DNA of 64,000 bases, from the NCBI GenBank assembly GCA_045655185.1, contig JAZOOS010000034.1, positions 84,744 through 148,743 of the forward strand, given 5' to 3'. The position numbers were made by a program, and so were the translations under genes. Source of the DNA: Eubacteriales bacterium (GTDB taxonomy: Bacteria; Bacillota; Clostridia; Oscillospirales; CAG-272). Below the pieces are notes generated by a model, which was not told the DNA's origin, did no database searches, and saw nothing but the letters and a program-made list of their open reading frames with translations. Shown here piece by piece: positions 54,978 to 62,846 of this stretch (the stretch's first letter is position 1; each line of letters opens with the position of its first letter).

Positions 54978-56387
54978 TCAGTCCTCTTCAATTCCCAAAA
55001 GCTCGTTTTTGCGACGGCGGCAGGTGGCGATCGAAAGGACGACAAGCGCGATCGAAAGGGTGAAGGGCAAGACCCAGAAGGTGCCGTAAACAGGCGTGTA
55101 AACGCTTCCTCCCTCATAATTCGGGTTCATTTCCACCTGCCCCGTATACCGCATCAAAAACATATCGGTAAAGGTGGTAAGGGCGGTGGCGGCTGAAAGA
55201 AGAATGATGAAGAGATCGACTCTTCTCTTAATTTTTTCCTGCCCGGCGTGCCAATTCTCCTCATATTTCGTTTTAAAATCCGGAAGGGAGAGGTGTTCCT
55301 TCTCATAATCCTTAAGAAGATGGACGAGAAAGAGGACGGAGAGGAAGAAGAGGGCTTCTTGCAAAAAGCTTCCCAAAAGCATCGGCAGATAAGCGGCGTA
55401 GGCCTCGGGGATACGGATCACGCCGTCAGGGCTCATAATATCGCTTTCCTTGAAGCTGCCGTAGAACTGAGAACGGAAGATCGAAAAGAGAATGGTGGAT
55501 AGAAAATAGCCACCCGAAGCGATCAGCGAAGCGCGCCCTTTGATGGGATGCTTTGTAACGAGGTAGATCGCAGCGGCAAGGAAAAAGGCCGCCGAAAGAT
55601 AATCGGGAAGGATCAGGAGGTTGTCGACCACAAGATCAATCGAGAAGAAGAAGCCAGCCCCGATAAGGAGATACGGAAGAGCCGTAAGGAAATTATTTCT
55701 TTGCTCGGTAAGGTCGACCCCCTCGGGCGCCGAAAGCGTCCGAAACCCCATGTCCTCTTTGATCGCGCGGAAGTAGGCGCGCAGATAAGAAAGCCAGAAG
55801 ATCCCGATGATCAGTACCAAAAGGGCAAGCATCGAAATGATCAAAAGATAGGAGGTCCCCGAAACCGTCGTCCCTTCCTTCGTAAGCGGATCGTAGGGGA
55901 AGAGGAAAACGAAATCGGGAAGCGTGGAGGCCACGGCCTTGGCCGAAACGAAAATATAGGTAAAGAAGCGAAGCGAATCGGGCCCCTTTACCGTATCGGT
56001 CGGGGTGATGGCGGCGGGGCAGCCAAAGCGTTGCCCAAGATAGGAGAATCCCTCAAAGAGATTAGAAAAGGCGGGCAGGAGAAAGATAAGCTCCAGAATC
56101 GCGAAGGACAGCGAGAAAAGGGTGATGGCGATGCGATCGTTAAAGAGGGTGATCATCACAAAAAGGGCGGGGAGCTTCATCAGCGTGATATAAAAAAGCT
56201 TCTTAAAGCCCTCCATCGCCTCCTCCATATACGGTACGAAAAGGGCAACACGCCGAAGCGCCAACGCGAACAGCAAAAAGCCGACGGCATCGGGTAAGGG
56301 ATCAATAATACTTATATTCGGATTAAAAAGAAACCAAAGCCCTACCGACATCAAGCCGATCGGAAACAGTTTTTTAACAGCTTTCAT
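54978..56387 (-). CDS. Hypothetical polytopic membrane protein (469 aa)
   Basis: At least 10 hydrophobic segments. The start overlaps the upstream stop by 4 nt. The N-terminal block is FNPNISIIDPLPDAVGFLLFALAL. Confidence 0.7.
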   Translation of the reverse strand: MKAVKKLFPIGLMSVGLWFLFNPNISIIDPLPDAVGFLLFALALRRVALFVPYMEEAMEGFKKLFYITLMKLPALFVMITLFNDRIAITLFSLSFAILELIFLLPAFSNLFEGFSYLGQRFGCPAAITPTDTVKGPDSLRFFTYIFVSAKAVASTLPDFVFLFPYDPLTKEGTTVSGTSYLLIISMLALLVLIIGIFWLSYLRAYFRAIKEDMGFRTLSAPEGVDLTEQRNNFLTALPYLLIGAGFFFSIDLVVDNLLILPDYLSAAFFLAAAIYLVTKHPIKGRASLIASGGYFLSTILFSIFRSQFYGSFKESDIMSPDGVIRIPEAYAAYLPMLLGSFLQEALFFLSVLFLVHLLKDYEKEHLSLPDFKTKYEENWHAGQEKIKRRVDLFIILLSAATALTTFTDMFLMRYTGQVEMNPNYEGGSVYTPVYGTFWVLPFTLSIALVVLSIATCRRRKNELLGIEED

Positions 56388-57088
56388 TTTTTCTTTCCTT
56401 TTTTCTTGTTCTTTCGTGCGGTTTTCTCACGGCGGTATTCGGCGTCGGCCTCGCTTCGCCGCTTGGCAAAGCTCTCCCATAGCGCGTCAAGCCGTTCGTA
56501 CAGCTTATCCAGCGGCTTGAAGGAAGAGCGGCGTCGCCCCATATCCTCTTCACCCTCAAGGCAGATCCACATATAGCAATTGTAGATCAGCTTGGCGTTA
56601 AGAATCATAACGGCAAAGCCGAAAAGAAGAATAACGAGGCTGTAATAGGCAAAGAATACGGCGTTTCCTTCCCACGGGATCTGCCCAAGGATAAACAAAA
56701 GATAATAAAGGCAGGTAAAGATGCGGTTGCGGAAGGCGCGTACCTCTAATACGTATACCCCCGTTTCCTTGGCGATGGCTTGCAATCCTTTAAGCAGATA
56801 GAAGGAGAAAACAAGCTCTAAAACGCTGGTGATCACCGAGGAATAGGTAACGGCGTCGGGGCTTACGGGGAGAGAAAGAAGATCCGCTGCTTGCAGATAA
56901 AGTAACACTCCACCCATAAGGGAAAGCGGAATAAGAGTGATAAAGGCGCTTTTAAAGGGGGCGTTATAAGGGCGCAGTTTAAGAAGCGCCAAAAGCATAA
57001 TAAGATAGGCGATGATCTTGGTAAAGCCCGTGAAGGCAATGGTATTGATCAAGATCAGATAGCCGAGAAAAAGCGTACCGAAGCCCAT
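56384..57088 (-). CDS. Hypothetical polytopic membrane protein (234 aa) with basic C-terminal tail
   Basis: Start moved to ATG 57088 (SD AAGGA inside the secA 3' end), 4 nt after the secA stop. The ORF-track start at 57178 would overlap secA by 86 nt. Confidence 0.65.
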   Translation of the reverse strand: MGFGTLFLGYLILINTIAFTGFTKIIAYLIMLLALLKLRPYNAPFKSAFITLIPLSLMGGVLLYLQAADLLSLPVSPDAVTYSSVITSVLELVFSFYLLKGLQAIAKETGVYVLEVRAFRNRIFTCLYYLLFILGQIPWEGNAVFFAYYSLVILLFGFAVMILNAKLIYNCYMWICLEGEEDMGRRRSSFKPLDKLYERLDALWESFAKRRSEADAEYRREKTARKNKKKGKKK

Positions 57089-57092
57089 AGTT

Positions 57093-59825
57093 TTATCCTT
57101 GCTGATTGCCGTCGGCAGCGCCGCAGCATTTTTTGTATTTTTTCCCGCTTCCGCAGGGGCATGGGTCGTTTCTGCCAACCTTCTCGCCCTTTTTGTTTAC
57201 AGGCTTTTTCGTGGGCATCTTGCCGCCCTCAAAGCCCTCGATCAAGGGCTTTGCGACCTCTTTTCGTACGATCGGTCTTGCTTGCGGTACGGCCGAAAGA
57301 AGGGTGCGCACCGTCCGCTTGCGGATATCGGTGATCATTTCTTCGAACATATCGTTACCGATGATACGGAACATATCCAAGGGGTTGCGCTGGGCATAAG
57401 CGTTCAGCCCGACAGAGCCCTTTAAGTCATCCATCGCGTCAAGATGCTCCATCCAAAGCGCGTCGACGTTCCGAAGCAGGATGACCCGTTCGATCTCGCG
57501 CATACCTTCTTCCCCGAAAAGCGCGTCCTTGCTCTTATAAAGGGCAAGTGCCTTTTCGGTAAGATCCTCCAGCAGCGCCTCGCGATTTTCGGGCAGAGAA
57601 GCGGCATCGGGCAGGGGAAGAAGGCCCATAAAGCGACTTTTGATTGCATCAAGATTCCATTCTTCACGCGCATCCGATTGGCAAGCTTCGTTAACCGCTT
57701 CCTCTACCTCCTCGCGGATCATGCGAAGGATGGTATCGGTTAAAACGTTGCCGTCCAAAACGTCGCCCCGTTGCTTATAGATCAGCTTTCTCTGCTGATT
57801 CATCACGTCGTCGTACGAAAGCACGTTCTTACGGCGCGAGAAGTTTTGGCTTTCAATGCGACTTTGGGCGCTTTCGATCGAGTTGGAGAGAATACGCGCG
57901 TCGATCGGGGTATCCTCTTGCATTCCAAGGCGCGAAACGAGCGAAACCACCCTTTCACTGCCGAAAAGGCGCATCAGATCGTCATCAAGCGAAAGGAAGA
58001 AGCGCGATTCGCCGGGGTCACCCTGACGGCCGCTTCGGCCGCGAAGCTGGTTGTCGATACGGCGGCTTTCGTGCCGCTCGGTCCCCAGGATGAAAAGGCC
58101 ACCCGCCGCCCGAACGGCCTCGGCCTCGGGGCGGATCTCTTCCTTATATTTTTCATGCAAAGTCTTGTATTGCGCGCGCGCCGCAAGCAGCTCTTCGTCC
58201 TCGGTATAGGCAGAGCCCGTCGCCGCGGCGATCAGCTCTTCGTTATAGCCTTGGCGGCGCATATCGGCCTTTGCGAGATATTCGGGGTTTCCGCCCAGCA
58301 TGATATCGGTACCGCGCCCCGCCATATTGGTGGAGATCGTAACAGCGCCGAGCTTACCCGCCTGGGCAATGATCTCGGCCTCTTTTTCGTGATGCTTGGC
58401 GTTAAGAACCGTGTGGCGGATGCCGTTTCTATCCAGAACCTTTGAGAGGAATTCGGATTTTTCGATCGAAACCGTACCAACCAGCACGGGCTGTCCCTTT
58501 TTATGACACTCGGCGATCTGGCGAACGATCGCGCGGTATTTTCCGTTTTGATTGATGAAGACCACGTCGTTTCGGTCGGCACGGATCATCGGCTTATTGG
58601 TCGGCACCTCAACAACGTCAAGGGCGTAGATCTCACGGAATTCGTTATCCTCGGTAAGCGCCGTACCCGTCATACCCGAAAGCTTGCGGTACATACGGAA
58701 ATAGTTCTGGAAGGTAACCGTCGCAAGCGTCTTCGATTCCTTTTCGATCTTTACGTGCTCCTTGGCTTCGATCGCTTGATGCAGCCCCTCGTTATAGCGG
58801 CGGCCGGGCATCATACGCCCCGTAAAGCTGTCAACGATAACGACCTGGTTATCCTTCACCACGTAGTCGATATCGCGCTTCATAATGCCGTGTGCGCGGA
58901 TGGCCTGATTGATATGATGATAAAGCGTGGCGTTCTCGGGGTCGGAAAGGTTTTCTACTCCAAAGAATTTCTCGGCCTTCGCAATACCCGATGGGCCAAG
59001 GGTAACCGTATGCGCCTTTTCGTCTACCACGTAGTCGCCCGAAAGATCGTCCTGATCCTCTTTTTCGTCCAGTTCCTTAATAACAAGCTTAGAAAGACCT
59101 CTCGCAAAGCGGTCGGCGCGGTCGTAAAGCTCGGTCGATTCGTCTCCCTCGCCCGAAATGATAAGCGGGGTACGCGCTTCGTCGATAAGGATCGAGTCGA
59201 CCTCGTCCACGATCGCGAAGGCGTGACCTCTTTGTACCATGCGGTCTTTATAAATGACCATGTTGTCACGCAGATAGTCAAACCCAAATTCGTTGTTGGT
59301 GCCGTAGGTAATATCGGCGGCGTAGGCGGCTTTCTTTTCCTCGGGATACTGGCCGTGAACCACAAGCCCGGTCGAAAGACCGAGGTAATCGTATACACGC
59401 CCCATCTCCTCGCTGTCACGGCGGGCCAGATAATCGTTTACCGTAACGATATGCACCCCGTTTTCGGTAAGGGCGTTAAGGTAGGCGGGCAGGGTAGCGA
59501 CAAGGGTCTTACCCTCACCCGTTTTCATTTCGGCGATGCGCCCCTGGTGGAGAAGGATACCGCCAAGCAGCTGTACGTAAAAAGGGCGCTTGCCAAGCAC
59601 GCGGGTAGCGGCCTCGCGCACGGTGGCAAAGGCGTCTGGCAAAATGCCGTCAAGCGTTTCGCCGGCGGCAAGCCGTTCTTTAAGGATCGCCGTTTGCCCA
59701 CGCAATTCTTCGTCGCCCATCGCCGCATACTTTTCGCTAAGCGCCTCTATTTGATCGGCCAGCGGGCGGATACGGTTGATCTGCCGCTCGCTATACGTGC
59801 CGAAAATCTTTTGAAATAATCCCAT
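57093..59825 (-). CDS. secA: Preprotein translocase ATPase SecA
   Basis: 910-aa ORF with [28 protein letters not shown] and the C-terminal zinc finger [14 protein letters not shown]. Confidence 0.97.
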   Translation of the reverse strand: MGLFQKIFGTYSERQINRIRPLADQIEALSEKYAAMGDEELRGQTAILKERLAAGETLDGILPDAFATVREAATRVLGKRPFYVQLLGGILLHQGRIAEMKTGEGKTLVATLPAYLNALTENGVHIVTVNDYLARRDSEEMGRVYDYLGLSTGLVVHGQYPEEKKAAYAADITYGTNNEFGFDYLRDNMVIYKDRMVQRGHAFAIVDEVDSILIDEARTPLIISGEGDESTELYDRADRFARGLSKLVIKELDEKEDQDDLSGDYVVDEKAHTVTLGPSGIAKAEKFFGVENLSDPENATLYHHINQAIRAHGIMKRDIDYVVKDNQVVIVDSFTGRMMPGRRYNEGLHQAIEAKEHVKIEKESKTLATVTFQNYFRMYRKLSGMTGTALTEDNEFREIYALDVVEVPTNKPMIRADRNDVVFINQNGKYRAIVRQIAECHKKGQPVLVGTVSIEKSEFLSKVLDRNGIRHTVLNAKHHEKEAEIIAQAGKLGAVTISTNMAGRGTDIMLGGNPEYLAKADMRRQGYNEELIAAATGSAYTEDEELLAARAQYKTLHEKYKEEIRPEAEAVRAAGGLFILGTERHESRRIDNQLRGRSGRQGDPGESRFFLSLDDDLMRLFGSERVVSLVSRLGMQEDTPIDARILSNSIESAQSRIESQNFSRRKNVLSYDDVMNQQRKLIYKQRGDVLDGNVLTDTILRMIREEVEEAVNEACQSDAREEWNLDAIKSRFMGLLPLPDAASLPENREALLEDLTEKALALYKSKDALFGEEGMREIERVILLRNVDALWMEHLDAMDDLKGSVGLNAYAQRNPLDMFRIIGNDMFEEMITDIRKRTVRTLLSAVPQARPIVRKEVAKPLIEGFEGGKMPTKKPVNKKGEKVGRNDPCPCGSGKKYKKCCGAADGNQQG

Positions 59826-59977
59826 ACAATGCTCCTTTGCTTTGTATACATACCTATCAATGATAACAGTATATCACAATAATTATCCAAAAACTATAAT
59901 AATTAGTAAACTTTTTGTTGACATTTACGGATTTTAGGATAAAATGAAGGGGAATACACGAAAGGCAGGAAGCTTTC

Positions 59978-60475
59978 TTGAAGGATATTAACATCGTTTT
60001 GCATTGTCCCGAGATCCCGCAAAATACGGGCAACATCGCCAGAACCTGTGCCGCCACGGGGGCGGCGTTGCATCTCATCAAGCCCTTGGGCTTTGAGATC
60101 GACGATAAAAAATTGAAGCGCGCGGGGCTTGACTACTGGCAATACCTCGATATCACCTTTTACGAGAACGAGGAAGAGTTCTTTGAGAAAAACGCGGGGG
60201 AAACGATCTATTATTTTTCCACCAAGGCTCGCTATACGCATACCGAGCCGAAGTACCCACAACGCGTCTTTTTGATGTTCGGACGTGAAACGCGCGGTCT
60301 TCCCGAAGAGCTTCTTCAAAAAAATCCCGATACCACCGTCCGTATCCCCATGCGGAGCGGCCTTCGTAGCTTAAACCTTTCCAATTCCGCGGCGATCGCG
60401 GTATACGAGGTGCTTCGCCAGCGGAATTTTGCCGATCTTTTGGCAGAGGGGGCGCCCACCACCTTCACTTGGTAA
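59978..60475 (+). CDS. trmL: tRNA (cytidine/uridine-34 2'-O)-methyltransferase TrmL (SpoU family)
   Basis: 165-aa ORF with a TTG start, PEIPQNTGNIARTC and the C-terminal SLNLSNSAAI. Confidence 0.85.
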   Translation: MKDINIVLHCPEIPQNTGNIARTCAATGAALHLIKPLGFEIDDKKLKRAGLDYWQYLDITFYENEEEFFEKNAGETIYYFSTKARYTHTEPKYPQRVFLMFGRETRGLPEELLQKNPDTTVRIPMRSGLRSLNLSNSAAIAVYEVLRQRNFADLLAEGAPTTFTW

Positions 60476-60576
60476 AGAAAAAGCGTGAATTTGTCGGCAA
60501 AAACGGCAAAAATCACGCTTTTTTTCGTCAAATCAAATAAAAGAAGAAAAAAACCGATGTTTTTTTAAAAAAGGAC

Positions 60577-60605
60577 TTGACAAACTACACGGAAACAAGT
60601 ATAAT
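60577..60605 (+). promoter_or_regulatory. Perfect consensus promoter TTGACA-N17-TATAAT for tRNA-Leu
   Basis: Hexamers at 60577-60582 and 60600-60605. The tRNA starts 12 nt downstream. Confidence 0.8.
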
Positions 60606-60616
60606 ATCAATCGTCC

Positions 60617-60700
60617 GCGAGAGTGGCGGAACTGGCAGACGCACACGTTTGAGGGGCGTGTGGATTCTCCGTACGGGTTCAAGTCCCGTCTCTCGCACCA
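60617..60700 (+). tRNA. tRNA-Leu (anticodon GAG), encoded CCA
   Basis: Hand-folded cloverleaf. The acceptor stem is GCGAGAG/CTCTCGC. The anticodon stem is CACGT/GCGTG with loop TTGAGGG. There is a long variable arm, a T-arm ACGGG-TTCAAGT-CCCGT, and a discriminator A plus CCA. Confidence 0.9.
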
Positions 60701-60742
60701 ACAAAAAAGGATAGCTTTGGCTATCCTTTTTTGTTTATAACG
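60682..60742 (+). repeat. Direct repeat copy A (last 19 nt of tRNA-Leu + terminator)
   Basis: 61 bp, identical to 60871-60932 except for one indel and one loop substitution. Confidence 0.9.
60703..60736 (+). terminator. Terminator after tRNA-Leu
   Basis: Hairpin AAGGATAGC-tttg-GCTATCCTT followed by T6. Confidence 0.8.
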
Positions 60743-60870
60743 GGAGAAGAGTCGGGACTTGAAGCGCCACGGTAGTGAATAACGACCTGAACGGTCGTTA
60801 GAGCCGTGGCGGACCGAAGAGAGAAGAAAAGGCGAAATTCTCTCGCCTTTTCGCACGCTCGATGAGACCC
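60743..60870. other. 128-bp structured insert between the direct repeats
   Basis: A nested hairpin CGCCACGG...CCGTGGCG encloses AACGACC-tgaa-CGGTCGTT. A second hairpin is AAAAGGCGA-aattctc-TCGCCTTTT. The 11-nt CGGGACTTGAA is the reverse complement of the tRNA T-loop. Confidence 0.6.
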
Positions 60871-60932
60871 AGTCCCGTCTCTCGCACCAACGAAAAAAGG
60901 ATAGCTTCGGCTATCCTTTTTTGTTTATAACG
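60871..60932 (+). repeat. Direct repeat copy B (orphan tRNA-Leu 3' end + terminator)
   Basis: AGTCCCGTCTCTCGCACCAACGAAAAAAGGATAGCTTCGGCTATCCTTTTTTGTTTATAACG. No 5' part of a tRNA lies upstream of it. Confidence 0.9.
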
Positions 60933-60959
60933 CCCCACGGAAAGCCTTGCCCCCTCAAA

Positions 60960-60988
60960 TTGACAATGAGACAAATTTATGCTATAAT
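60960..60988 (+). promoter_or_regulatory. Perfect consensus promoter TTGACA-N17-TATAAT for the lipoprotein pair
   Basis: Hexamers at 60960-60965 and 60983-60988. Confidence 0.7.
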
Positions 60989-61034
60989 GATCCTAGAAAA
61001 TCATGGGAGAAACCATGAGAGAGGAACGCAGCTT

Positions 61035-61937
61035 ATGAAACGCTTAACAAGAATTATCGCAGGCATCTGTATGGCGATCCTTTTGGCCACAAGCATGAGT
61101 GGCTGCAAAGGCGGCCCCGATTATGATGGGTACAAAGGTGCGTATCCCGGGGCCTACACCCTGATATACAGCCAAGTTCCCGATATTATGGGCGTGAAAA
61201 CCGATATTTCGTGGCGTTCTGATCCCCAAATCGTTCTTTTAGATACCGATGATAAGGGGCGCGCGCTTTACGTTTATCTTGAAAACACCGATGAGCTGCT
61301 TTCGATCGGTATCGTGCAAAAGGAAACGGGGGATAAGATCTATTTTTATCCCGAGAAATCCACCCTTTCCTGTTGGATCCCTGATCGGTATTATCAATAT
61401 AAGTTTACCGATGCGGAATTGTTATCACTTGTATATGAGCTTTTCCCAAACGAACAGATCAAAGTGCTTAAGGCGGCGAACGATTGGGGAGAGCCGATCA
61501 ACGAAGAGAAGCTTGACAGCGCGCCGATTATTACTCCCCCTATAGAAATTGTATATGCACTTTGCGGAAGAGAAGATGGTGTCAATCTAACACGCGAAGT
61601 GTGGCATCAGCAGTTGGTTGCTGTCGCGCAAGAAAACGGGCACGGGTTTGCCGATTCGAGCTATCCAATTTATTTTAATTACGTAAGATGGATGGAAACC
61701 GATTCGTATGGGCGACGTCTTTATTACGTTGATGGCGAATATACGACGTATCCAACCGAGGAAGACGACCCACATATCCGCTATTTTACCCATTATCTTG
61801 AAATGATCGCTATTATCAATCCGGACGGCAGTTTTAACGAAGACACCTTTATGGCAGAGCTTGCGGACAAAGCCGACTATCAGGAACCGCTTCGCGCATT
61901 AAAGGAAACTAACGGTTGGAATCAGCCGTTTGAATAA
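61035..61937 (+). CDS. Hypothetical lipoprotein, paralog 1 (two internal repeats)
   Basis: ATG 61035 gives a signal peptide plus the lipobox MSGC. The repeated modules are DDKGRALYVY...NDWGEPIN and DSYGRRLYYV...NPDGS...TNGWNQP. Confidence 0.75.
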   Translation: MKRLTRIIAGICMAILLATSMSGCKGGPDYDGYKGAYPGAYTLIYSQVPDIMGVKTDISWRSDPQIVLLDTDDKGRALYVYLENTDELLSIGIVQKETGDKIYFYPEKSTLSCWIPDRYYQYKFTDAELLSLVYELFPNEQIKVLKAANDWGEPINEEKLDSAPIITPPIEIVYALCGREDGVNLTREVWHQQLVAVAQENGHGFADSSYPIYFNYVRWMETDSYGRRLYYVDGEYTTYPTEEDDPHIRYFTHYLEMIAIINPDGSFNEDTFMAELADKADYQEPLRALKETNGWNQPFE

Positions 61938-61948
61938 GGAGGAGCACT

Positions 61949-62764
61949 ATGAAAGCTTTTTTGAAAAAAATCAGTGTTGTCCTCCTTGTGTTTGCGTTGC
62001 TTACCGCAATTCTGCTTTTGGCGGGATGCACCCCACCGCCGTATCAAGGCTATGAAGGGGAGTTTCCAGAGCTTTGCGCGGTGGCGTGGGCTAAAATTCC
62101 CACGACAAAGGGATATAAGTATGATGGTGTAGGCGGGGATCCTTATGTTTCGAGTTTAGAAACCGATGGCTTTGGGCGTGTCCTTTTCTTTTATTCTGAA
62201 GATACGGAAAACGAAAAGGGCTATATTGCGATTATGCAACGCACGGATGGGACGAATGCCTATTATTATGCAGACGATTGTTATGTCCCCATCACTCGTC
62301 CGTCTGCCGACAAAGCGATCGATCTGAACACGAGAGAGATTGCCGCGCTTAAAGAAAGCAGCGATTGGGGGCTTCCCCTAAACCAGGAAAAATGCAAGGT
62401 GACCAAGATCGATAAGTTCCCGATACCCGGAGAACTGGGGCTCACCTCTGACTTTTTTGAAGATCTGCTGAGAGAATATTACGAGCACAGTGGTCGATAC
62501 ATCCATCCTAAAAACGAAAACGTTATATATTATTTTCGTTACGTTATGACCGATGATTACGGACGCGAGTTGTATTTCGTTGGAAGCGTTTTTGATGAAT
62601 ATTCTCCCAAAACAGCAACCGTTTATGATTTTTATTTTCTAATTGTGGTAAACCCCGATAAAAGCTACGATGTTTCCAAGGTCGTTCTGCTTGAAAACGA
62701 AAACGACCCCCTCGAGGACGAGAAATGGATCAAGGAGCAAAATGGGTGGAATACCGCACCCTGA
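61949..62764 (+). CDS. Hypothetical lipoprotein, paralog 2
   Basis: SD AAGGAGG upstream and lipobox LLAGC. The modules DGFGRVLFFY...SDWGLPLN and DDYGRELYFV...NPDKS...QNGWNTAP are collinear with paralog 1. Confidence 0.75.
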   Translation: MKAFLKKISVVLLVFALLTAILLLAGCTPPPYQGYEGEFPELCAVAWAKIPTTKGYKYDGVGGDPYVSSLETDGFGRVLFFYSEDTENEKGYIAIMQRTDGTNAYYYADDCYVPITRPSADKAIDLNTREIAALKESSDWGLPLNQEKCKVTKIDKFPIPGELGLTSDFFEDLLREYYEHSGRYIHPKNENVIYYFRYVMTDDYGRELYFVGSVFDEYSPKTATVYDFYFLIVVNPDKSYDVSKVVLLENENDPLEDEKWIKEQNGWNTAP

Positions 62765-62807
62765 CCGAATATCATTTGCTTTTTGTAAACACACCTTTGC
62801 GATAAAG

Positions 62808-62842
62808 AAAAAGGGCTGTGCGATTTGCACAGCCTTTTTCTA
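62808..62842. terminator. Bidirectional terminator
   Basis: Hairpin GGCTGTGC-gatt-TGCACAGCC flanked by A5 and T5. Confidence 0.7.
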
Positions 62843-62846
62843 TTAA

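Noticed and set aside
60743-60870. The insert between the tRNA-derived repeats might be a second tRNA or a tRNA-like gene, because it contains an inverted T-loop 11-mer.
   Set aside because: I could not fold a cloverleaf on either strand. There is no acceptor stem pairing and no anticodon arm.
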